From: a virus
Direction: 5' to 3' (one strand)
IMG/VR virus record: IMGVR_UViG_3300045988_150167
Length of the DNA stretch: 14,540 nt
The translations under genes and the position numbers were made by a program. The first letter of the stretch is position 1; every line of letters starts with the position of its first letter. Below are positions 5,184 to 14,021 of this stretch, piece by piece. The notes under the pieces are model-generated. The model was not told where the DNA came from. It did not search any database and was given only the letters and a program-made list of their open reading frames with translations.

Positions 5184-5735
5184 ATGGCAAGCTATCCACA
5201 ATGTATCACAGACGAGAGCACAATTACAGTGACCGCAGCATATCCGTATTATTCGGACGGCTCTCACCACGGCGGCATTGACACCAAGCATCCAACTGAT
5301 TTTTTGGCGTTTGCACCGCAGGCCGGGACGATTGTCACGGCGCACACTTGGCAAGGCGGTAAAACCGGTAACGATAGTTGGGGCAATTATATTGTGGTCG
5401 ATATGGGCAACAAGCGTTATTGGTTGGCTGCGCATTTTAAGACACAGACACACAAGGTCGGAGAGGTGCTCAAAGCTGGCGATTTAATCGGCGTACAGGG
5501 GCAGACCGGCAATGCAACCGGCATCCACACTCATTGGGAATATTGGGTAGGCGGTCGCTCTACTCGATACCGTCAAGACCCGTCACAGATTTTGGGCATC
5601 CCAAACGCAGTAGGTAAGTATGATGTAACATGGAGTGCAGACAATCCGCCCGGCCCCGGCCCGGAACCGCCCACGCCGGGTAAAAAAGCAATCCCGGTAT
5701 GGTTATTGCTTAAAATGGCAAGGAGGTACACCTGA
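5184..5735 (+). CDS. M23 (LytM/lysostaphin-type) metallopeptidase, a peptidoglycan hydrolase (183 aa)
   Basis: AGGAG at 5171-5175, ATG at 5184. Has the HxxxD motif (SHHGGID) and the HxH motif (GNATGIHTHWE). A Pro-rich linker PPGPGPEPPTPG is followed by the short basic/hydrophobic tail KKAIPVWLLLKMARRYT. Confidence 0.85.
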   Translation: MASYPQCITDESTITVTAAYPYYSDGSHHGGIDTKHPTDFLAFAPQAGTIVTAHTWQGGKTGNDSWGNYIVVDMGNKRYWLAAHFKTQTHKVGEVLKAGDLIGVQGQTGNATGIHTHWEYWVGGRSTRYRQDPSQILGIPNAVGKYDVTWSADNPPGPGPEPPTPGKKAIPVWLLLKMARRYT

Positions 5736-6646
5736 TGCAAGCAGCGCCTTATATGTACGATTATGTTAACACAGAGGTAAGCCAGCACAGTCCCAGCACT
5801 GTACACACCAAAAACACAGAGCTTCAACGCTTTTTTGCCCGCTACTTACTGCAAAAAGCAATGTCTGTTTTTAAGTGGGACTTGCCGGAAACATGGGATA
5901 GGGACTATTTTTTGTATGTTTTGTACGGCATCGGCTATATTGCTGTGATTAACACAGATAAATACGGAGTTATTCCGCAGCAGTGTGGGCTTGACGGGTA
6001 CAACATTTTTTACCAGCCCAAACGCGCCCTTATCACAAATCCCTTGCTTAGAGGTTTGCGCCGGTTGGATATTGGCACGCAATGCACACTAATCAAGCTG
6101 CAACCTGATTATGGCAGCGTTATGGACTTGGTGGGTTTTTACGCCGACATGATGGCATTGACCGCGGAGACCGCAGGGGTCAACCTTGTCAATAGTCGTC
6201 TATCCTATGTGTTTTTCGGGAAAAATAAAAACGCGGCGGAGAGTCAAAAGAAATTATTTGACAATATCGCAAGCGGCGAGCCTGCAACATTTGTCGATAC
6301 CGCGTTGTATGATGTCCAGAGCGGCAACCCCTCTTGGATACCTTTTCAGCAAAACGTGGGGCAAAATTATATTGCGGGTGACGCTTTGGCAGACCTGCGC
6401 AAGTGGGAAATGATGTTCGACACGGACGTGGGCATCCCTAACGCGAACACAGACAAAAAAGAACGCCTTATTAGCGATGAGGTCAACGCGAATAACGTAG
6501 AAGTAACCAGCAAAGCAGACTTGTGGCTTGACCAGCTTCAAAAGAGTTTTGCACAGACAAGCAAAATGTTTGGCGTTAAACTTGGCGTTGAGTGGCGCAA
6601 CAAACCGCAAGTAAGCGCAGGAAGTGAGGGCGGCGAAAATGAGTAG
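5735..6646 (+). CDS. Portal / head-tail connector (upper collar), phi29 gp10-like (303 aa)
   Basis: TGATG overlap with the upstream gene, AGGAGG SD. Size matches gp10 (309 aa). NANTDKKERLISDEVNANN resembles gp10 NANLEKKERMVTDEVSSND. The N-terminal FFARYLLQKAMSVFKWDLP resembles gp10 [22 protein letters not shown]. Confidence 0.88.
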   Translation: MQAAPYMYDYVNTEVSQHSPSTVHTKNTELQRFFARYLLQKAMSVFKWDLPETWDRDYFLYVLYGIGYIAVINTDKYGVIPQQCGLDGYNIFYQPKRALITNPLLRGLRRLDIGTQCTLIKLQPDYGSVMDLVGFYADMMALTAETAGVNLVNSRLSYVFFGKNKNAAESQKKLFDNIASGEPATFVDTALYDVQSGNPSWIPFQQNVGQNYIAGDALADLRKWEMMFDTDVGIPNANTDKKERLISDEVNANNVEVTSKADLWLDQLQKSFAQTSKMFGVKLGVEWRNKPQVSAGSEGGENE

Positions 6647-7250
6647 AGCGACATTGTCACTGTTAGGGCTGTATCAGTACGACAACACAATTTTTAACGA
6701 GTTGGTGTTGCCGGACGGCATGGACAAAAAGTTATATATTAACAACCTACTGATGGAGACAGCAGAGATGGAAGTGCTGTTTTCAAACCCCACCACCATG
6801 CGCTCTGTCATTGGCATTTGGTCTAGCGCACATCTGGACAGCTGGAACAAGATGTGGAACACCACCAAACTTGAGTACAATCCAATTGAAAACTACGACC
6901 GGCAAGAGGAATGGACAGACAACAATCAAACTAACAGCAAGGTGCAAAGTAAGGACGTTGGCACCGGCAAAAATCACAGTACTGATATTAGCAAGGCAGC
7001 AGGCTTTGACAGCGGCAACCTTGTTACAAGCGGTCAAAATGACAATGACAGCAATAACGAAAGTACGCAAATCGGCAATAGCGAGGGCAACAGCAACGAA
7101 GAGTTAAAACACACGGGGCGCGTACATGGCAATATCGGCGTGACCACATCCCAGCAGATGATAGAAGAAGAACGCAGGGTTGCCGATTGGAACATGTACG
7201 AGTATCTGATTGACAAGTTTAAGCAGCAATTTTTGCTGTTAGTATATTAA
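6639..7250 (+). CDS. Putative lower collar / head-tail adaptor protein (203 aa)
   Basis: GAGGG at 6626-6630 lies 8 nt before ATG 6639, which overlaps the portal stop. Sits at the position of phi29 gene 11. Has an Asn/Ser/Gly-rich middle. Call is mainly by synteny. Confidence 0.5.
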   Translation: MSRATLSLLGLYQYDNTIFNELVLPDGMDKKLYINNLLMETAEMEVLFSNPTTMRSVIGIWSSAHLDSWNKMWNTTKLEYNPIENYDRQEEWTDNNQTNSKVQSKDVGTGKNHSTDISKAAGFDSGNLVTSGQNDNDSNNESTQIGNSEGNSNEELKHTGRVHGNIGVTTSQQMIEEERRVADWNMYEYLIDKFKQQFLLLVY

Positions 7251-7262
7251 GGGGGTTATAGC

Positions 7263-9728
7263 ATGTTTGATACCAGATGGCCTTATACCGATTTCCACAA
7301 CTTAAACCTTGATTGGATTCTGGAGACGCTCAAAAAGCAGGATGCGGCTATTGCGGATTTTATTTCGCTTAATAGCATTACCTACGCAAACCCGTTGCAG
7401 TGGGATATTACCCGACAGTATCCCAAAAATCAGGTTGTGCTTGATACCAACGGAGACGGCTATTTGAGCGTGCAGCCGGTGCCGGTTGGCGTTGAGATTG
7501 CTAACACCGACTATTGGACAAAAATTGGCAATTTTTCCGAATTGTGGAGCTCGGTCAAATTGGCAATCACGGCAGCAGATGAGGGACTCAAAACCACGGC
7601 AAGCGCAGACCGTGCAAGCGGCGACCTTGTATGGCTCAATAATATCCTATATGTCTGCACCACCGCAATTACACGCGGCACCGAGTACGGCACTAACAAC
7701 ACCGCAAAAACCACGATTGATGCAAGACTTGCCAATTTGGCAAACGCTGTGAGCACGCTGCAAAACAACATTACAAATATTAACAACACGTTGCCCAACA
7801 AGATTGACAAGGACACCACCGGAGACCTTGCGCAGACGGTCAGCGGCAACTATAATCAAACGGTTGACGGTAACACGGCATTGACGGCCAAACGTTTCGA
7901 TATCTATACCCAATTTGGCAAGGCTTTTACCTCTCATTCTGGCGTAACATCAATCGGTAACGATAATGTCCCGACATGGATTTACGGCAAAGAGCTTCGG
8001 TTGGCATCTACACCGCTGGTAAACATTGATGATAATTACGCATATGCTACCATTGGCACAAGTGTTGATGCAGAGACAAAATTTTTGGTAAGCCGCACCG
8101 GCAAAATCCCCGATAGTATCAAACCGTCCCCCCACAGCATTGAAGAATTTCAGGAACTCAAAAAAGACGGCACCGATGATATTACCGCAACCCTTAACAC
8201 ATACACCAAACAATTCCCGCTGTTCATCCCGGTCGGCATCTATAAAATCAGCGCACCGGTGCAGCTCAAACATAGCTTGTACGGTGCAAGCGCGTCCCGT
8301 GACCCGGCACGCGGCAGCAGTGACACAATATTGCAGTATACCGGCAATCCGACAGCGTTTGGCAGCCTTGGCGTGCTCACTGTATCCGGCAATGATGTAG
8401 ATGGCAATGTCGTCATTGCAAATCTGGATATTATCTGTAACGGCATGATTGGCGGTATTGTGTATACCACGGACGTATACACCGACAATTACATCTATAA
8501 TGTAAGTATCAGCGGCGTTAAATCCTATGGCGTGTACTTGCAGCCCAGCACTAGCAAGCTGAGCCGGTATTGTTACATGGATAATGTAACGGTATGGGGC
8601 TTTAGTGATGTGCATCCCGCGGAGCGTGTCGCCGGTAACGTTGCGTTTTATTGGGGCGACAAGTCTCCCGACTGCGATTGCAATAACCTTTTGGCGATGG
8701 TGTGCCAGACCGGTTTTGACTGCCGTACTAACGTGTTTGGCTGCAACTGGATTACCTATAATGGTATTCCGGCAGGCGGCACTGGTGGCGCGGACGCTAA
8801 TACATGGTGGGAAAACACCAATGGCCTTAAAGTCACTAACAATGACGTACACATTACTAACCTGTATCTTGATACTTGCCGCCGTGGCATTGTATTTGAC
8901 GGGCCGGGCAAGGCGGCTGCATATATTAACAACCTGATTTACACTGTTAACGATGACACGGCAACCACAGGAGAGGGCAACGCAGCAATTGCACTGATTG
9001 GCACTAGCCCTAGTCCGCAGTTGACGGTTGATGGCGGTGTAATTAACCGCAGCGCCAAAGTCTCCACCACGGTGCAGAGCATCGGGCAATACCCGGTTAC
9101 AGCCATGATGTGCAAAATCAATAATGTGTATATCTACACTAAGCGAGAGTATATTTTTACGGGCAACGGTCAGTATATTTGCAAGGCGGGCGAGCACCGG
9201 TGTATTGACCTTGCAATTACAGACCAGACCCAGTACACCGTTGATGGGCATTCGGAGACCGGAGACCCTGAACAGTATAAGGCATTTGCCTATATTCCGG
9301 TGCCGTCCGACAGCAACACCTCACAGGGTTGTATCCGTATCTGTGATCGTAACGACATTGATTATACTGTCTTTATTTCCAACAATCCGGAATCTGGCGA
9401 TTTGTTTGCAATCAGCGCTTTTGATAACCGCAAACTCAATCAAGCCATTTATGGGGCAACAGCCGGCACAGGACGGACAGTTACTTGGGATGTAGTCACA
9501 GACCTTGACAAGTTGTATTATGTCAATGATGGTGCTGCTATCATCCTTTATTTTAAGCGCCCTGCATCTTATGCAGTTACGGTGCAGGTGAGTGGCTTCT
9601 TACAGGGCAATTCTCCTGTCATCCTCGACCGCATCCGCAACATGGACGGCACTCCAATGGACTTCCCGCGCTGGAATAATCATGACGGCATGACTGCTAT
9701 CAAGATTTTGCGCCCTAACATTTCTTAA
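7263..9728 (+). CDS. Tailspike / pre-neck appendage-like protein with a pectate-lyase-type beta-helix (821 aa)
   Basis: Sits at the position of phi29 gene 12 with similar size (gp12 is 854 aa). The N-terminal YTDFHNLNLDWIL motif is common in Firmicutes phage fibre/appendage N-termini. The central DGTDDITATLN...IPVGIYKIS is the pectate_lyase_3-type signature. Confidence 0.75.
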   Translation: MFDTRWPYTDFHNLNLDWILETLKKQDAAIADFISLNSITYANPLQWDITRQYPKNQVVLDTNGDGYLSVQPVPVGVEIANTDYWTKIGNFSELWSSVKLAITAADEGLKTTASADRASGDLVWLNNILYVCTTAITRGTEYGTNNTAKTTIDARLANLANAVSTLQNNITNINNTLPNKIDKDTTGDLAQTVSGNYNQTVDGNTALTAKRFDIYTQFGKAFTSHSGVTSIGNDNVPTWIYGKELRLASTPLVNIDDNYAYATIGTSVDAETKFLVSRTGKIPDSIKPSPHSIEEFQELKKDGTDDITATLNTYTKQFPLFIPVGIYKISAPVQLKHSLYGASASRDPARGSSDTILQYTGNPTAFGSLGVLTVSGNDVDGNVVIANLDIICNGMIGGIVYTTDVYTDNYIYNVSISGVKSYGVYLQPSTSKLSRYCYMDNVTVWGFSDVHPAERVAGNVAFYWGDKSPDCDCNNLLAMVCQTGFDCRTNVFGCNWITYNGIPAGGTGGADANTWWENTNGLKVTNNDVHITNLYLDTCRRGIVFDGPGKAAAYINNLIYTVNDDTATTGEGNAAIALIGTSPSPQLTVDGGVINRSAKVSTTVQSIGQYPVTAMMCKINNVYIYTKREYIFTGNGQYICKAGEHRCIDLAITDQTQYTVDGHSETGDPEQYKAFAYIPVPSDSNTSQGCIRICDRNDIDYTVFISNNPESGDLFAISAFDNRKLNQAIYGATAGTGRTVTWDVVTDLDKLYYVNDGAAIILYFKRPASYAVTVQVSGFLQGNSPVILDRIRNMDGTPMDFPRWNNHDGMTAIKILRPNIS

Positions 9729-9732
9729 CAGC

Positions 9733-9767
9733 AACAGCCCCTGCCAATACGGCAGGGGCTGTTTTTT
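9733..9767. terminator. Bidirectional Rho-independent terminator at the convergence point
   Basis: An 11-bp GC-rich stem CAGCCCCTGCC (9735-9745) pairs with GGCAGGGGCTG (9751-9761) around a 5-nt loop. It is flanked by AA on the left and TTTTTT on the right, between the tailspike stop (9728) and the ATPase stop (9766-9768). Confidence 0.85.
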
Positions 9768-10830
9768 ATACTTTTCGACTTGAGATTTTCGCGCCCTCTT
9801 TGAAATACTTATCTAGTAATATTTCACAGATGGGAGATTCGAAAACCACAATATCAGTATAATAGTAAGCAAGACGGAACCACGCAAAATGGGCGTTAAA
9901 CATCTGTATACCGCGTTCGGTACTTTCGTATACCGGGCAACTACCAGACCTGTGCGTGGTAACATAATATTTTTCTTTCGATTTGTGCTTATAAATTTCA
10001 AGCTCACCCATGACACATACAGGTTTATATTCAATAATGTTTTGGGGTTTTATCTGGCTGTATTCCTGCCGAAAATCGTTATTAAGTGCCATGGCACTGT
10101 ATAACTTATCTTTGGTAAGACGGTACAAAGCAGTATTTGCTTTTTGTATAGAGATGGGAGAGTGTTGCAGCATTACAAGAGTAATACCGCGCTCTGTGTC
10201 TTGCCACATTTCCGTCTTGGTATCAAGCATTTTTTGAGCGCGTGAAACAAGCCCCATGTCCAGAAACAGCGGGTTTGCAATATCGTTTGCGTTGGCAAGA
10301 CACAGCATTTTAAGAGGCGGTTCGCCTTTTAATTCTCTGTTACGATTAATAGTTTCATACGCGTTATAAAATGCAGCAGCTTCATTTTTCAAGGGGCGTT
10401 CGTGTTTTTCCGGGATAAATTCATCATAGATGCAGATTTTGCAATCCTCTGCGCTAAAGCCTCGCATATTGGAGATTGTGGACAGTGCGCAGGTGTAACC
10501 ATACGGCAGGCCGCCGGTGTATTTGCCCTCATCATCAACATCATAAAATGCGCTGCTGCCTTTGGAGATTGGAAAAGGCTTAATGCTTAAACCCATATCT
10601 TCACAGACCGGCTTTATGGGACTGAATTCCGGCTTATTAACAAGGTCAATCGCGGTTTGCGTTCGGCGCATTAGCATAAATGTAATGCGATGCTCAAGCA
10701 CATATTTTAATGCGCCGTATGTTTTACCGGTGCCACGTCCGCCGACAACCATAATATAAGGCGTTGGCAAGCCCATAATATAATCCATGTTCAGGTATCC
10801 GCTGTCTAGGTATAGTTTGTTCTTTTTCAT
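9766..10830 (-). CDS. DNA encapsidation (packaging) ATPase, phi29 gp16-like (354 aa)
   Basis: Walker A VVGGRGTGKTY (gp16 has IGARGIGKSY). Walker B ICIYDEFIPEK (gp16 has IVFDEFIREK). LANANDIANPLFL resembles gp16 LSNAVSVVNPYFL. Confidence 0.88.
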   Translation of the reverse strand: MKKNKLYLDSGYLNMDYIMGLPTPYIMVVGGRGTGKTYGALKYVLEHRITFMLMRRTQTAIDLVNKPEFSPIKPVCEDMGLSIKPFPISKGSSAFYDVDDEGKYTGGLPYGYTCALSTISNMRGFSAEDCKICIYDEFIPEKHERPLKNEAAAFYNAYETINRNRELKGEPPLKMLCLANANDIANPLFLDMGLVSRAQKMLDTKTEMWQDTERGITLVMLQHSPISIQKANTALYRLTKDKLYSAMALNNDFRQEYSQIKPQNIIEYKPVCVMGELEIYKHKSKEKYYVTTHRSGSCPVYESTERGIQMFNAHFAWFRLAYYYTDIVVFESPICEILLDKYFKEGAKISSRKV

Positions 10831-10851
10831 CTTTTACTCGCTTCATATTTC

Positions 10852-10885
10852 AAAAGGGCGGCGGTTTTCAAGCCGCCGCCCTTTT
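10852..10885 (-). terminator. Rho-independent terminator between the SSB and ATPase genes
   Basis: A 9-bp all-GC stem GGGCGGCGG (10856-10864) pairs with CCGCCGCCC (10873-10881). It is flanked by AAAA/TTTT, so a U-run follows the stem on either strand. Confidence 0.75.
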
Positions 10886-10917
10886 GTGGGGAGGAATTAT
10901 GTCAAGAATGGAAATGG

Positions 10918-11268
10918 TTAGTTCATCTTGCAACCGATATAATGACGGCCTTGCTTGCTTTCGCCACCAATGACTTCAACGTCAACACTGGCGAGGTCTG
11001 CGCCGTACTGGTTGGCAACATCGATGATTGCTTCAAAGTCGCGCTTAAACGTGCTGGAAATGGTACTGAAAGTGTCGCCCTCGCTGGTAAGCACTGCAAG
11101 CACTTCCAGCGTTTCGCCCTTGGCGTTTTCGTCCTCGTAGAGGGCGTAAGCCTCAATGTTAAAAGTTGCGCCTTCAAGCGTTTTCATGGGGCGTGAGTCG
11201 GGGTTGCGGGTCAGGTTGTACGCCTGCTTCATGGACAGATTTTCGGGAAAGCTCTTGATGATTTTCAT
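10918..11268 (-). CDS. Single-stranded DNA-binding protein, phi29 p5-like (116 aa)
   Basis: AAGGAG SD. Size matches p5 (124 aa). NIEAYALYED...GETLEVLAVLTSEGDTFSTISSTFKRDFEAIIDV...VEVIGGESKQG parallels remembered p5 IEANAIAQYK...[32 protein letters not shown]...VKVVQGTSSKG. Confidence 0.6.
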   Translation of the reverse strand: MKIIKSFPENLSMKQAYNLTRNPDSRPMKTLEGATFNIEAYALYEDENAKGETLEVLAVLTSEGDTFSTISSTFKRDFEAIIDVANQYGADLASVDVEVIGGESKQGRHYIGCKMN

Positions 11269-11322
11269 TGTTGTTACTCCTTTGTTCGTGTTTGTGTTTT
11301 GTAGCTTTCTTGCTACAATTAT

Positions 11323-11351
11323 ATGATACTACATTTATGACCAATTGTCAA
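11323..11351 (-). promoter_or_regulatory. Promoter for the SSB gene (minus strand)
   Basis: On the minus strand: TTGACA (11351-11346, overlapping the polymerase stop codon), 17-nt spacer, TATCAT (11328-11323). A small hairpin GTAGC/GCTAC (11301-11316) lies in the predicted 5' UTR. Confidence 0.6.
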
Positions 11352-13444
11352 TATCCATTTTCAAAATATTCATCTAGCCTGCCAATACCTTTCCGGGTGT
11401 AGTCGCAGCGCAAAAGCAAGTCCATGTATTCCGCAGTTATTCCCAGTTTATAGGTGCTTTCGCGGATAACAACGTTTGATGTAATTGACAATGTGTGACC
11501 GTCTATTGTAATGCTGTCTATCTCTGGACTATCATTGTATATAGATTCTGTTCCGCCAGCGTCCCAGAAAACAAAACCGGGCTTAAATGCGTCAATGCCG
11601 CCGTGGCGTTCCAACTCTTTTGCGCCCTCTTTTTTGTTTACACCTGCGATTGTGCAGCACAATGGGCTTTCCGGCGTTTCACGGTAACAATATTTTTTCG
11701 CGCCCAACGTGGCAAATTCGCACATATCATGTTCAGGTTCAAAAACGCCCATATAATGCATTTTGCCGGAGGGGTCAGCAGCATAAGCACCTGAGGCTTT
11801 ACTATCTTTGATTCGTGCTTTGTTGTATTTTGTCCAGTCAATGTCACCCAAATATTTGACAGAATCGGTATCGCAATAAACAAAGCCATCCCCTGCAAGC
11901 TCTATGCCCTCTTCCAGCCTGTAGCGTGCATTGGCTGTCACCCATACGCCCCATTGATAGCACAAAAACGCGTTGCGCAGATTATGCGACAAGATATTTT
12001 CAATTGGCGTTTTTTCATCAATTTCAAACTCTTCATCCGGTGTGTATAAAATGGAGCGTTTGCCCGGGTCTTGTGCCATCATACCGTATATACTATTGAG
12101 CTTGTTTTTGCTTTTCATGTAGTACAATTCTTGACCGGGTACATTTTTCAGACTGGTTTTTGCGCGGTAATAATCTATTGCACATTCAATCAGTTCACGC
12201 GGCAATTTGGCATATGTGGATTGCCAACAATCATATGCCCGGAATCCAGAAAACTTGTACTCTTTAAGGATAATTGCAAGGTCAACGTCTGTCACGGTTG
12301 TTTCGAGGTATTTTGCGCTCAATATTCGCCCGTTGTCGCGGTCGGGGTCTATCACGTTTCGGCTCTTATCAATCGTTAGATATGGACAACCCCAACAGGG
12401 GTTGATTAACTCAACGTCTGCTAATGCAATACGCATTATCAACGCTTTGCGGTGCTTGTTGAGTTTCCGTTTGAGTCCATCCAAAGTTATTTCGCCAATA
12501 GGCTCAAAAGCTCGCATTGGGTACAGACAATTGCACAACACATCCGGGTAACTGCTGCTTCGGTCTGCGCTCTGGATTTTACCACGCAGCACTTGACCGG
12601 TATAATAGCGGTTGGCGTGGGTGTTTCCGCCGCGAAACGCTTCACGCAGCATTGTGTATAATTCCGCGTCAGGCTGGATTGCGCCGAGACGTTCCAGCCC
12701 TGCGCGTTTCATCGCGGCGCGTGCATCGCGGCGCACATATCCGGTAGAGGTTAGAGGGATTGTGTACAGGTTGTCATTATCGTGGCGCATTTCGATTGTC
12801 AGGGCTTCACACAGACCTAGTACATCGTTTACACAATATTCTAGTTCATCATCCGACAACGGAGTCCAGGGATAGCGGGGTTTATTGTAGTCAAATTTTA
12901 CACCGGATAGTTTACCGTGAGCAACGCCCATTTTGTGGGTGTATGCATCAAGGCTCATATTGCTATGCAAATAGCTGCAACGAAATTCAAAAAAATCACC
13001 GTACATCGTGCATTTCAGGACTTTACGGCAATCAACTGCAAAAATCTCATCATTTGTAAAATGGTAAATTCCGCGCAAAAACTGAAACTCGTATGACAGA
13101 TTGTGAACATACACACAGAGCTGCAAATGATAATCTTCTTGAGATTGTTCTTGCATGCAAGCTTCAAGGCTGGCACACAATGCTTCAAATTCATCCCATG
13201 TTCTGCCAACAACAGTTAGATTAATAGGTTCTGCAAAATGCCATTGCCAAATATACATGACAGCTTGTTCTATCGACTTAATGCGAGTTGTTTCAATATC
13301 AAACGCTGTCACAATATCAAGCAATTTTGTCTTTTTAGTTCTTGTGATTTTCCGTTCCAAAACAGGCAGCGCGGCGAATTTCTCTAGCGGAAAATCAATC
13401 ACCGAACAAATGGCTTGCCCATTCTTCAAGGTCTTTACTTTCAA
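11348..13444 (-). CDS. Family-B DNA polymerase, protein-primed type (698 aa)
   Basis: Exo I FDIETT, Exo II NLSYEFQF, Exo III YCVNDVLGL, motif A DRSSSYP (phi29 DVNSLYP), motif B KLNSIYGMMA (phi29 MLNSLYGKFA), motif C YCDTDS (identical to phi29) and KxY GAKKYC. The start is TTG at 13444, preceded by AGAGGTAAGG. Confidence 0.93.
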   Translation of the reverse strand: MKVKTLKNGQAICSVIDFPLEKFAALPVLERKITRTKKTKLLDIVTAFDIETTRIKSIEQAVMYIWQWHFAEPINLTVVGRTWDEFEALCASLEACMQEQSQEDYHLQLCVYVHNLSYEFQFLRGIYHFTNDEIFAVDCRKVLKCTMYGDFFEFRCSYLHSNMSLDAYTHKMGVAHGKLSGVKFDYNKPRYPWTPLSDDELEYCVNDVLGLCEALTIEMRHDNDNLYTIPLTSTGYVRRDARAAMKRAGLERLGAIQPDAELYTMLREAFRGGNTHANRYYTGQVLRGKIQSADRSSSYPDVLCNCLYPMRAFEPIGEITLDGLKRKLNKHRKALIMRIALADVELINPCWGCPYLTIDKSRNVIDPDRDNGRILSAKYLETTVTDVDLAIILKEYKFSGFRAYDCWQSTYAKLPRELIECAIDYYRAKTSLKNVPGQELYYMKSKNKLNSIYGMMAQDPGKRSILYTPDEEFEIDEKTPIENILSHNLRNAFLCYQWGVWVTANARYRLEEGIELAGDGFVYCDTDSVKYLGDIDWTKYNKARIKDSKASGAYAADPSGKMHYMGVFEPEHDMCEFATLGAKKYCYRETPESPLCCTIAGVNKKEGAKELERHGGIDAFKPGFVFWDAGGTESIYNDSPEIDSITIDGHTLSITSNVVIRESTYKLGITAEYMDLLLRCDYTRKGIGRLDEYFENGY

Positions 13445-14021
13445 TTTTAACCTTACCTCTCTTTATACGAGAATATTTGTCGGGAAAGTCACGGGCAGCT
13501 TCTTCTTGCTTTTTAATAAAATCTGAAAACCATTTTTGCAGTTTTGACGCTGGTATTTTGCCTTTTGAGACGCTATTATAAAGCATTGCAATAATTTCCG
13601 AGTCTACAATTGTATTTTGCGCAATTGCGCGCATAGACTCCATAAACCCAACAAAAGACAAAAAATTCCGCGGTGTGATAAAATCATACCCGTTTGCGTT
13701 GAGCTTGGCAACCATGTCCTTACGTTCGCGCTTAAAACGAGTAATAGAAATATCTTGACTCAAAAAGCGCTTTGCTTCAGCAAGAGCATAGACAAGTTGC
13801 TGCTTGTTCTTAATCTGCACAACAGGCGGCAACTTGCCATAATGCTTGACTTCTTCAAGGTCGGCAAATTCTGATTGTTCAAGGCGCTCTTGACGTTTAC
13901 GCACGATAGAGCGGAGCTTGCTGTATTCTTTACGCAGCTCTGCTTCGGTGTGCTTATTGAGATAATAAGGTGTATACTCTAGGTCTTGCCACGCGTATTG
14001 CGTAGGTTTACGCTTTGCCAA
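13395..14021 (-). CDS. Candidate terminal protein (208 aa, basic)
   Basis: Lies immediately upstream of the protein-primed polymerase and overlaps it, like phi29 gene 3 before gene 2, and the genome has ITRs. Lys/Arg-rich. The likely start is TTG 14021, 8 nt after GGAGAGGAG; the tracked ATG 14048 has no SD. No sequence motif confirms the call. Confidence 0.5.
   Translation of the reverse strand: MAKRKPTQYAWQDLEYTPYYLNKHTEAELRKEYSKLRSIVRKRQERLEQSEFADLEEVKHYGKLPPVVQIKNKQQLVYALAEAKRFLSQDISITRFKRERKDMVAKLNANGYDFITPRNFLSFVGFMESMRAIAQNTIVDSEIIAMLYNSVSKGKIPASKLQKWFSDFIKKQEEAARDFPDKYSRIKRGKVKIESKDLEEWASHLFGD

Noticed and set aside
7950-9251. 433-aa minus-strand ORF inside the tailspike gene
   Set aside because: Antisense shadow of a long CDS with motif support on the plus strand. 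It has no translation signals, and a minus-strand gene here would have no promoter.
10900-10905. Minus-strand TTGACA upstream of the ATPase, as a possible dedicated promoter
   Set aside because: No -10-like hexamer lies 16-19 nt downstream; the sequence there is the GC-rich terminator stem.
10899-10973. 24-codon plus-strand ORF with a GGGAGG SD, antisense to the end of the SSB gene
   Set aside because: It is very short, lies antisense to a supported CDS and has no plus-strand promoter nearby. The G-rich stretch is part of the terminator flank.
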